This document shows positions 26,506 through 36,962 of a stretch of 64,000 nt of DNA, one piece after another. The notes below the pieces were generated by a model. It had not been told where the DNA came from and ran no database searches. It saw nothing but the letters and a program-made list of their open reading frames with translations. The stretch is from Camelus ferus (lineage: Eukaryota): NCBI RefSeq assembly GCF_009834535.1, contig NC_045703.1, forward strand, positions 8,370,001 to 8,434,000, read 5' to 3'. The position numbers and the translations under genes were made by a program. Numbering within the stretch: position 1 is the first letter of the stretch; each line of letters begins with the position of its first letter.

Positions 26506-27920
26506 AGAATGTCAAGGTGGTGTTATAGTCACAAGAGTCCACTGACTTCAGCAATTCTATCCTTGCAATTCTGACCAGAAACATCTAAAGAAATAATAAA
26601 AACTAAAAAAACAAGGAAAAGTATGTTTCTTGCTACTCTTGTATTAATTTTTTTGAGGGGGGGAATATGTAACAAAAGAGAATAATGAAACAATTCCCAT
26701 TGTGATTTTAGAAGAGACTGTAGTCATGTCAATCAAAATTTCTATTAAAAGCGTAAAGGAATACAAAGTGTAAGTTAGACTCCATTGTTTTCTGAAGAAT
26801 TTTGCAAATATAAGAGAATATAAAATTAAATTGTAGTTTTTTTTAGTAGATTTTAATGAAGACACTAAACATGAGTATGCCTACCTGTACCTATTACTCA
26901 AATCTAGAAATAAACATCTCATAAATAAATGAATAGAATCAGACTAGAGAGACTGCTAAAGAAAAGCTTTAAGCAGCCTTAGAAGAAGAGGAAAAGTAGG
27001 TTACATTAGCACAACTAAATGTTTTTCTTCAGGATTTGTAAAGCGGTAGCATGCATATTTCCAGCGAATGACTTCTAATCGAAAAGAGATAACAATCGTA
27101 ACTGAGACTGTTCATTATAACCAAGTTTGCTGGAATAGAAAGTTCCAGCACAATGGAAAAATTAGCTGCTCACAATTAGGAGAGAATAATACATAATCGT
27201 GGAATACTTTCACATTAAAATAAGAATTATTTATTAATCATTTAAAAGCCTTAAGCAAAATTATATATGGGTGCATAAAATGTGCATTTATTTTTGTAAG
27301 GCACCAGAAAATCTGTGGATAAATATACCACTCTTGGGTTGTCAAAATATAATTTAATGCATAATGTGATCTAGACCAAGGAGCAAGTTGATTAAAAAAT
27401 GAACACAGATGCACAAGGGAAGTACTCTGTTTAAATCAAACGAGCGTTTTGAGTTTATGGAAGATTGCTGTTAAACTTACAAAGACTATTCATTGGTGGA
27501 ACTAACAGGAAAGTGATCACCCCGTTCAGATTACTCACTGGACCTTCCGACAATATCAGCATACTGAGGGCTCCCTGAGCGGGTGTAAATAAAAATGCTG
27601 AACAGCAACCAAAGGGAGGAGCGGCAGCCAAAAGCAGTTACAAATCACAGCACACCGTGTGCAGCAACATCCATGGGAATATGTGTATGTGTCCCCTCGG
27701 GCGCATCCACGTACACATATCTCTACGCAGACGTGCACAGTAAGGGCGCGGGGCGGGGTGAGCAGAGATGTCGACAGTCAGCAAAGTGAACGCGGATGAA
27801 CACACCTGGGAGACTCACAGGAAACAACACAAAGTGATTGGGTAGAAAAAGAAAAAGAAAAGAAAAAAAAAAGGCACCAGTACAAAATGATAGGAAATTA
27901 AGAAAGTCTTTATTGTATAC

Positions 27921-28010
27921 CTTTCTCGTTCTGGTGAATGCAAACTAGTGTCTGGTCTCAAGCAGTTGGTGCTAGCACTCCTAGCCCTGTCAAGGGAGGG
28001 TTGCAGGTCA
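27921..28010 (-). CDS. RIMS1: RIMS1 exon, 90 nt: DLQPSLDRARSASTNCLRPDTSLHSPERE(R)
   Basis: Acceptor gcatgcactag, donor gtatac; phase 2-2. Confidence 0.94.
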
Positions 28011-28484
28011 CTAGTGCATGCATCCAGGGGTAGAAGAGAAAGACAGAGAAAACAGAGAAAGGAAGACCGTGTTAGAGTCAAGCATACAGTCCTGCCCCCT
28101 TTCCACAACGTGCAGAATCCCTGCGGTTCGGTTCATCGGGGTGGGAGAGAGCTGACAGGGAGACAGTGCCCACGTTTGTTTAGAACATGAAACTAAACAA
28201 AGATTATGCTTGGATGGCTTTGCATAATTTCATTTTTAAAAGGGTCTCAGACTGAAAATAAAATGAGACTAAATCACTAGGTATGAAATAAACAGTAGAA
28301 ACATAAAACAAAACTGGATCACGGAAAGCACTAAAACAAGATGCCTAGAACTTCGTTACCGAGAACGGATGCCACACCAAAACAAAATGAAGGACAGCAG
28401 AGGAGAAGAGTCATACGGCTCGACTGCTTTGGTTCACAACACCAGACGAGGGAAGTGGAAGGAACGACTTCCAAACGTTCTTAC

Positions 28485-28595
28485 CCAACCAATATTTCAT
28501 CGGTAAATCTCAGTACTCTCGAGGGAAAGCACTGATGAAGGGGAAAGTCCTGTCTAGTCACTGCTTTGCTGTTAGTACGTGCAGGCAGAACTGAG
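28485..28595 (-). CDS. RIMS1: RIMS1 cassette exon, 111 nt: SVLPARTNSKAVTRQDFPLHQCFPSRVLRFTDEILV(G)
   Basis: Acceptor gctttgtgaag, donor gtaaga; open frame, phase 2-2; resembles the recalled human SILPAHTK...VLRFTDEILV exon. Confidence 0.85.
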
Positions 28596-28938
28596 CTTCA
28601 CAAAGCAAAATCATCCAGAAATAAAATAATACAAAATTAATCACTGTAATGAAAATCCAGCAAGTGAAACAACAAACAGACGACAAAGAAGACAACAGCT
28701 AGAAGTCTGGTCTTCAAGTGAGGAGATTCCACTTAGATGTTCTACACTAGGTTTTATAATTAATATTCTAGACGAGGCTTTATAATTAAAACTATTTTTA
28801 GACATCATGAATGTTTCTCTGTGTATAATTAATTTTAAGAGGAGATGCTAATGCTCTATTGGAATGTAAATTGCTATTTTTAGTAGGGAAGGGATTAGGG
28901 GTTAGTTTATAACTGGGGCTCACTGTTAAGACTCTTAC

Positions 28939-29016
28939 CTGTAAATATTCCAGTGAGAACAGTTCTCTAATAAAGGCATCTTGGGCGGTAATGTTTTATA
29001 GCGCCTAACAAGATGT
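28939..29016 (-). CDS. RIMS1: RIMS1 cassette exon, 78 nt: HLVRRYKTLPPKMPLLENCSHWNIY
   Basis: Acceptor ccacgtccag, donor gtaaga; phase 2-2; resembles the recalled human HLVRHYKTLPPKMPLL exon. Confidence 0.9.
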
Positions 29017-30619
29017 CTGGACGTGGCAACACAGACACGCAGGAAACAGAAAAATATATAGGAAGCAAATTTGATTAGGATATGAAAAAAGCAGGAAGCT
29101 ATAAAGCTACAAACACAGAAGGAGCTTTTGCTTTTTTTTTTCTCTCAGAAGAACCACAATAAAAAGGTCAGATTAGAACGATTAAATATGAAATCATAGA
29201 CATGTTTTCAGTTAAGATAAAGATTCAAAAGTTTCCTAGCCTTCATCAGAAAAAGAGCTGCTAACTGCAGGTGATAAATTAACCAACATGAAATTTATTA
29301 TTTGATCCCTGATTTAATATCATACCTGCTTCTATGGAAGGAACAACACATAGCTAAGAGTGTGATTCAAATAATTTATGTAATCAGGGAATTAAAATGT
29401 GACTCGAAGTTAATATTCTAGTAACAAGCAAAATGTGGGCCAGCGTTGCAGGGCTGAGGCTGGTGCCGGTGCCAACTATGGTGAAGGGGTGCCTGCCGGG
29501 GAGTTCTTTCCACTGATCAGCTTCTGAATACAAACCCAACATCAGGTAACGTTAATCATCAGAACTTGGGTGAGAAGGGCATTGGCTACGAACCAGAATA
29601 TGAATTCTGATTTGGCAGAAGATGGCAGACACGAGGCCCGGCATCCTCTGAATTCCTTTAGGGCCTATGTGGGCTCCTGGGCTGTCTGTGCCACCAAGGT
29701 CAAGGCAGGTCCTGTCAATTAATTTTTTTGATAATTTAATAATGTCTCCACAAACTGAGCTGTTGATAATGAAAATCTACTGTCCATTTTGGCTTACATT
29801 ATAGCATGACAAATTGGGAAAGGAATAAACATTTGCGGAGGACATACAAAGACTCAAATACCCCACGGGTTCACTCGTGTTTATAGTAATGGTTGAATCA
29901 GGGAATCTCTTAAAGCTTTGGTTTAAAAATGAGTGCCATATCTGAGCACAGATGGACGACGTTTTCAGTGAAGCAAAGGATTCAGTCTGCTTTCCAGACA
30001 GTAAGTTCAACTCCTAAGCTTCGGCAGCCATCTTCAGCAAAAGGCTGCTCTGTAACTTTTCTAAACAATTGGTTCAAAAGTGATTTTCTTTTGGAAACAC
30101 TCTAATCGGGGTCAGCAGAGAACAGGAAACAGGAGAAAGGGCACACAGTTTATAGTATGAAGGTCCACGTTCCTGTCTTGGCTTTGCCATTTATCGGCTA
30201 TGAGCCTGGGTAATTCAAGTCACGTCTTTTTCTACATCCAGATCTGGGGGAAGTAACGATCCTTAACAGGCATGCTGTGAGGGTTAAATGAGACACAGGA
30301 ACGGAATATCTAGGATGTAGGAAGGCAGCCACAGCATCTTCTGTACACCACCACTTTCTCAGGACATGTACTAAAAACAGCATTTGGTGATGATAATAAT
30401 GAGGAGGAAAATGAACTAAATAATAGGAGACAGATTCCTTTAGCACAGGACTTTCATATGCTGTGCACAGAAAATCTCCAGGGAGTGGCTAATTCATTTG
30501 CAAAGTCTCCAAAAATCTGTTTGACTCAGAAGCTCTTTTATGGGTTGAATTTTGCACAGGACCAGCTCCTTAGAAATACATTTTTGGAAGAATTAATTTA
30601 ATGGGAAACATCAAAGAGA

Positions 30620-30790
30620 CCTGACTTTGAATCCTTGCTCTGTTACCTATCAAATTAAACTTTCTGAGCATCTTTCCTCATCTGGAAAATGAGGATAATA
30701 ATATTCATATCATACAGTTATTGTCAGAAAGTTGAGACAAAATACATGAAATGATTAACACTGTGCTCGGTACTCAATGAATGTTATTTT
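30620..30790. mobile_element. MIR
   Basis: ttgaatccttgctctg...ttcctcatctggaaaatgaggataata core. Confidence 0.65.
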
Positions 30791-31896
30791 CCTTGTTTTA
30801 TTGGAAAGTAGTAAATCCACAGATTTTATTCTTAAAAGTCCTATGTGAATATGAGTATGACAGGATGGATTCTGAAAGTAAGACTGCACAAAATGATGAA
30901 ACTACTAGCTTAGTATATTGTGCATGTCCTGGTAATTTACCTTGAGAAGCAGAATATAAGGGAAAGAAAAACAGTATTATTTAGTGATTCTATTCAGATG
31001 ATTGGTGTGGTATGTTAAAAACATGCACACACTGAGGGCCAGGGACATACCAGGTGCCTGATAAATATCAAGTTTTTGTTTTGTTTTTGTTTTATAGTTG
31101 TAGTCACAACAACAGGACTCTGCGACAACTTTCTGAATCTAAACAAGTCATTCCTCTTCACCTATTTGTCAGGACAACGAACACTAAGGCTGGAGACCTT
31201 AGCATCGTAAAGGATTTGAGCTGACTTTTACAATGGTTATGATTTTATGTATTTTCCCCCAGTTTGCAAATGGAACTGACATTCCTCTTTTTCCCAGTGG
31301 CAACTGCAGTAATTGACACCAGGATCATTTTCTACGTGTGAAAAGTTCGTTCTTATTAGCACGTTGGATTCCTGAGCAGAAGCACGTGTCCACACAGATG
31401 CGAGAAGCCCTGTATCCGTCCCTATGCCACAGGGTTTCCAGGGGTGGCTCTTTCTTTCTCTCTTATTGACGTTTTATTGGCCAAAATATCTGAAAGAGTT
31501 TATCTGTGTGTTGATTTGTTTTTCCTTCTATGAACTCCTCACGGACAAGGAACCTGCACAGACTTGAGTTCTCTGAGTAATTTGCAAGAGGATTTATTTG
31601 GGATACAAGATCTCAGATGGAATTAGATGGAAATAAAGCATTAGATCCTAAGCTCCAATTTAGAGGAGAATATTACTTCCTCTTTCTGTCTCATCTTTCA
31701 AGAAGCATCATATTGTTACATGGCTTTCTGAGAAAGTCTGTCCTGTGGCATTTCTGACCTGGGGGGAATGGGACATGAAGGAAGGGAGGGTTTAGACATT
31801 AACAGGGCAAACATCCTCATTCTTTATCAGGAAGGAAGCTGATTCTCAACTATTAAAAATGAACCAGTAAAGCTCTGAATAACAGTAAACAGAACA

Positions 31897-32061
31897 GGGA
31901 GGTTATAGCTCAGTGGTAGAATAAGTACTTAGCATGCACAAGGTCTTGGTTTCAGTCCCCAGTATCTCCCTTAAAAAATATAAATAAATAACTAAATAAA
32001 CCTATCTCATCTCCACCACAAAAAAAAAAAAAACCCAAAAGTGAATTAAAAAAAAAAAAAA
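31897..32061 (+). mobile_element. tRNA-Ala-derived SINE (Vic-1-like)
   Basis: tatagctcagtggtaga...cttagcatgcacaaggtc head with an A-rich tail. Confidence 0.85.
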
Positions 32062-32551
32062 GAATCTCAAGCAAACAGAATAAAAACAACAGTAGACTCC
32101 GAAAGGAAATTTAAAAAGGCTAAAACAAAGCAAAACTTAAAATCATGAAAACAATAACCTGCCACGCACAGCAGCTCAGACCTCTGGTGACTAGACAGGT
32201 GTGTGTGTGTGTGTGTATGGCAGGGTTGGGGTAAGAGGATGGCCAGACCGGGAGCATTTTGAATTTGAATTGCAGAAATCAGCTCCTCCATGTTTAGGAA
32301 CGTGGAAACAGTTCCACGGAGGCTCACCTGTCTCTAGATTTTAAAGAGACAGGTAGAAAAGCAGTCTACTTGGATCAGAATTCAAAGACATATGCAACCT
32401 TTTCCACAACCCCCATCTCAAACAGGACCGTTTTTGGATGCTGGGGAAATTGATCTCACACGTGTGTGATGCGAGCACTGGGGGAGACAGGGCAGTCGAG
32501 TAGGAGGGAAGTTCAGCACAGACAGTCACCATCAGCAAGCCCCTTATTTAC

Positions 32552-32614
32552 CTGGTGGTGTGTAGGCATTCTGCACTCCGTCCTCGTTTTGCTCTGGGAA
32601 GCATGAGAAGCTCA
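32552..32614 (-). CDS. RIMS1: RIMS1 exon, 63 nt: ELLMLPRAKRGRSAECLHTT
   Basis: Acceptor ctgtctgtgaag, donor gtaaat; phase 2-2. Confidence 0.93.
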
Positions 32615-32627
32615 CTTCACAGACAGG

Positions 32628-32707
32628 ATGGGTGGCGAGTGAAACAGGGGAGTGATGAGGTGGTACATGACAGGGGGGGCGCCGATGGGATGCCGATGGC
32701 AACATGA
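32628..32707 (-). promoter_or_regulatory. YCAY cluster (putative NOVA site) upstream of the 63-nt exon
   Basis: 10 YCAY tetramers in 80 nt on the transcript strand. Confidence 0.6.
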
Positions 32708-34252
32708 AAAGGGAAGAAACCAGATTGTCTGCACTAGCGTATTTGCTTTGAGAGGTTCAACAAAAATAAACATGACAGTCGTTTGAAAAATATCAACCAT
32801 CAAGTACAAACATCATGGTCAAAGTGCTAGCTGGTGCTGATGTGCTACTGTAGTTCACGGTGAGTTTTTAGAGTATTAAGACGAAACTGAACTGAACTGA
32901 ACCTTCCCCAAATACGACATAGAGCCCAGTTTCCAATTCTAGACACTTGGGTCTCTTCATAAATTTTAAAAGGCATCTGGCCTTTCTGATACTGATGGGG
33001 ACCCTAACATGTTATTTCTTTTTAGCCACTCAAAGCATGACTGTTTTCTTGGCTTTCACAGCCACTAAAACTGCAACAACCTATATTATGCTTTTCCTTT
33101 ACCAACTAAGAACATACTTGATGAGGAATGTTTTATCTTCAAATTGATCTTTTTTCTACACTCAAATTCATTTGCTGTATTGAATGCCCTGGTTAAGAAG
33201 TCATATATATATATTTTTTAGCTCCTCACCTAAATTCATGGTGGCCCCACTGAATGTTGACCAAGAGGCCCTCACTCAACTCAACCCAAGCATGGTGGAC
33301 TCCTATTCCCCAGAGCGAGACTGTCCAGGAAGCACCACGACTCCACTGGCTTGAAGGTCATGGTGCCCACCCTCCCGCCACATCAGGGTGACAACTAGGG
33401 AAGGAAGAAACACTGTGTCCTTGGCTGCACAGCAAAAAAAATCAATCACTGAGTACCACGTCATCCCCTTACTCCTCCCTGAAAGTTTCTCCACTTCAAA
33501 AAGCCAGAAGAAACTCTTCCATGAGGTGGCTATTCTAAAAACTCGCATCAGATCCTAAGCTTGTGGTCAGGCATGTTATACAGGGACATGGTTGGTCTGT
33601 GGGCACAGAGAACAGAGTCCTAATGGAGATTCTGAGTCATTGTGTCCAGGAAGTCACTTGTTCAGAAATCAGCGCAGCACTAAACCTAAGTACACATCCA
33701 CAGAAGAATCCATTTCAACATTTTGTTACTTTTATCAATATTTTAGGTGAACACATTTTATGAAAAGTCGGTGTACGAAAAAATACTATTATTGAAGTTC
33801 TCACAGAAGCTCTGTAATATTAACTCTTTCAGATGACCTGTGTCCTGAAACTTTTTATTACCTAAAAAACATAATTTTATAATTACATAAATACTAGTCC
33901 CCAAGACTGCAACCCGTAAAATAGAAAATGTTTGACAATGGATTATGGAGCCCCTTTTCTGTAATTTAACTTAGTATCTAAGCCAACAACAAGGTATACG
34001 TTGAAAACTGGTCGGGCATAAATTTTGATTTTGTAAAAAAAGATGCACATATTATGAGCACATAACATTAGTCAGACATTTCCCAGAGTCGCACTTCTGT
34101 TAGAATACCTTTACACGTCATTCCTCAGGAGCAGTTCCGTTTTGAACAATGCAACACTGTTACTCTCCAAGGTACTATGCCAAGCTATCATTCACGTGTG
34201 AAAACAGAGCCAAGACGAACGTATAACGCTGAGATCAGAACGGAACAAATAC

Positions 34253-34378
34253 CTGTCTTGTTCTGACAAATACTGACTATCCGCATCTCGGGCTCTGTGA
34301 TCCACCGGGCTGCGGGAGGCATCGTGGTGTCTGGTTGGAGAACGTGACCTTCTCGTGGGATGAATTTCATCTAAACTC
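34253..34378 (-). CDS. RIMS1: RIMS1 exon, 126 nt: SLDEIHPTRRSRSPTRHHDASRSPVDHRARDADSQYLSEQD(S)
   Basis: Acceptor atcatttcag, donor gtattt; phase 2-2. Confidence 0.95.
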
Positions 34379-34758
34379 CTGAAATGATTTACAAAAATTC
34401 ACATGCATCGAAGTGTATCAGCTTCCCCAAACAGGCTGACGTGCTAACAGGAGAGACTGGAGGTGACTGGCAGACAGCGGACACGGCTGGGAGAGCGCTG
34501 GCCTTGTCACCAAACACCTGTTCTACTGGTATTTATTCCCTACCGTTGCTTTGCCTGCGCTGCATCTCGCCAAGCCTCCTTTGGCAGCTCATTCAAAAAA
34601 GGACCACGATTTTCATCTGCAGATTTAATTAAAATTTCCAAAGTGTATCTCCAGGGTAAGATGAAATAGAGGATGACATTACACATGTGTTACGTGCTTT
34701 TCCAAACATTTAGACTGCTTCAAAGAGGCAATCCCAAATTTCTTAAAAATACATCCTT

Positions 34759-34915
34759 GGGCAGAGGGAAGGTGTAACTCAGTGGTAGAGTGCACGCCTA
34801 GCATGTAACGAGGTCCTGGGTTCAATCCCCGGTATCTCCATTATAAATAAATAAATAAATACATCTAATTACCTCCCCCCCCTCCAAAAAAAAAAAAAAA
34901 AGAACAAAACAAAAA
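34759..34915 (+). mobile_element. tRNA-Ala-derived SINE (Vic-1-like), first of a tandem pair
   Basis: A/B-box head, ctaattacctcccc motif and poly-A. Confidence 0.88.
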
Positions 34916-34919
34916 TTCT

Positions 34920-35077
34920 GGGGGCACGGTGGGTACAGCTCAGTGGCAGAGCCTGTGCCTGGCATGCATGAGATCCTGGGTTCAATCCTCAGTGCCTCTG
35001 CTAAGGGGGAAAAATAAATAATTAAGAAATAATAAAGAAAATTTAAAAATATTAAAAACTACCCAGAAAATTAAAAA
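34920..35077 (+). mobile_element. tRNA-Ala-derived SINE (Vic-1-like), second of a tandem pair
   Basis: cagctcagtggcagag...ctgggttcaatcc head with an A-rich tail. Confidence 0.82.
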
Positions 35078-35453
35078 AAAAATACATTCTGCCTCTAACC
35101 TTATCTTTCTGGCCACTTCTCATCTCAGGTCTGATTCCTTTACCATACAATTTCTCCCAGCAGGAGAAAAAATAAAAAACAAGTAGCAAACGGGAATATA
35201 AGACAGTTATTCAAAAACGATGCTTGTGACACAAATGTTTTCCACTCCCTGGGAAATTTCTTGAGATTAAGGAACAGAATGTTGCAAAGCTTGGGCAAGG
35301 GATAAAAAGGCATTCTGCCTACAAAGCATTCTGAAAGCAGTAATCAACTGACCACACCGTGATTTCTTTTCAGTTAGAGTCTTGGGGCAGTTTGCATTGT
35401 GTTCTAGTGAAAAAAGGAACAGTCAGGGATGCTGAGCCCACATCAAAGCCTAC

Positions 35454-35610
35454 CTCTGTAATGGCACATTTGGTAAACGTGAACGCGGCCTTCCCTGATC
35501 GTCGCCGCGATGAGGAGACACGGAACGGGAGCGGTGATGGGTGGCTCTCTGCTGCTCTGGCACAGTTAACGTTGCAGGTTTACTTTCTCTAGCACTAGAC
35601 CTATAACCTA
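35454..35610 (-). CDS. RIMS1: RIMS1 exon, 157 nt: (V)GYRSSARESKPATLTVPEQQRATHHRSRSVSPHRGDDQGRPRSRLPNVPLQ(R)
   Basis: Acceptor cttgccag followed by TAG (NAGNAG), donor gtaggc; phase 1 to 2. Confidence 0.95.
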
Positions 35611-36823
35611 CTGGCAAGAGGATACACAAAAAATTAGCCAGTTTTCTTGTATAATACCAACATTCATATGGAGATATGAAATTCTATTTAAAGCAGACAC
35701 TGACCTATCAGGATAAATGCCATGCAATCTGTATCGCCAGCCGGGTCTTCAAGACTATAAAGTATCTGAACACAGAGTGTAACATACGCATGCGTGAGAA
35801 TAGGTTACAGTCTGTCTCTAAGGTACCACGGAGATGCTGAAGGTGAACACAACAGCTGATGTCCCACACATCAGGGTGCTGGGTTCTATTTTAACTTAAA
35901 GAATGAATGAGTTGGTGATTTTTCAGCAACACAAGTCAAGCACTGGACAGTGAACTGTGATTAACATACAAGTCAATGCTTAGAAATTTGGTGTCTCTTT
36001 GAATGTTATTTGATTTTTTCTACCACAGGACACAGTATTTTAGTTGGCTTTCAGATGGCTTCGCTAACAAGAAAATAAAAATGAGATCCTACCAACTGTA
36101 ATGAACAGAGACAAGGAGCAGGTCTTCACTGTGACAAAAACTGATCGTGAATTTTGCAAACCACAGATGATAACTGCGATTTTCAAACGAAAATAGGGAA
36201 TGGGTGGAGATGACTCTGGCAATAATGCAGAGGAAATAATGATCAGATCCACCCTGGACATCTGAAATTATCCCACAAATGTGTTAGTAACATAATTAAT
36301 ACCATTACCATAATTAAAATTAGAAATAAATTCTAAAAGTCATTCTCCCTTGAAGCAAAAGGTTTCTACGATGTCTAACTTAGTTAAAGCAGCAACCTCA
36401 CATCCGTGGTAACAATTTGCTTAAATTTTTTTCACAAGGGTCCTTACTGCTATTATTGGAAGGGTAATAAAAAGTTCTGTGGCCAAAGAAAAAATAATTA
36501 TATTTACAACTACATAAAATGTACATGCAACCATGAAAACATTAAATTTAACCAGGCAGTTTGAACTGTTGTTCATTTATTTACTTGATAGCTCCAATGT
36601 TATTTTTAAAATATGCCTTGTAACATCATTATTAAAGGCAGACTAACATTCCCCAGCAGTTTATTTGTTGGCGTTATATAATCTTTTCACTAAGCTTAGA
36701 GTATAAGGAAGGTTTTTAAACATTTCATAAAGTCCAATTTGGCCATATTCACACCAAAGGAGCTCAGCCCTTTTGTCACTCTAGAAAAACATCAGTAAAT
36801 CATCACATGATACAACCAAAAGA

Positions 36824-36962
36824 GGGTGGGGCTGAGGATGTAGCTCAGTGGTAGAGCGAGTGCTTAGCAAGCGCCAGGTCCTGGGTTCAATCCCCAGTAC
36901 CTCCATCAAAATAGACAAATAAACAGACCTAATTACCTCCCCCTCAAAGCAAAATAAAATAA
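36824..36962 (+). mobile_element. tRNA-Ala-derived SINE (Vic-1-like)
   Basis: gtagctcagtggtagagcg...gggttcaatccccagtacctcc followed by cctaattacctcccc. Confidence 0.88.

Noticed and set aside
32512-32525. REST-like TTCAGCACAGACAG
   Set aside because: The spacer is three bases short of the canonical RE1 and the right half-site is incomplete.
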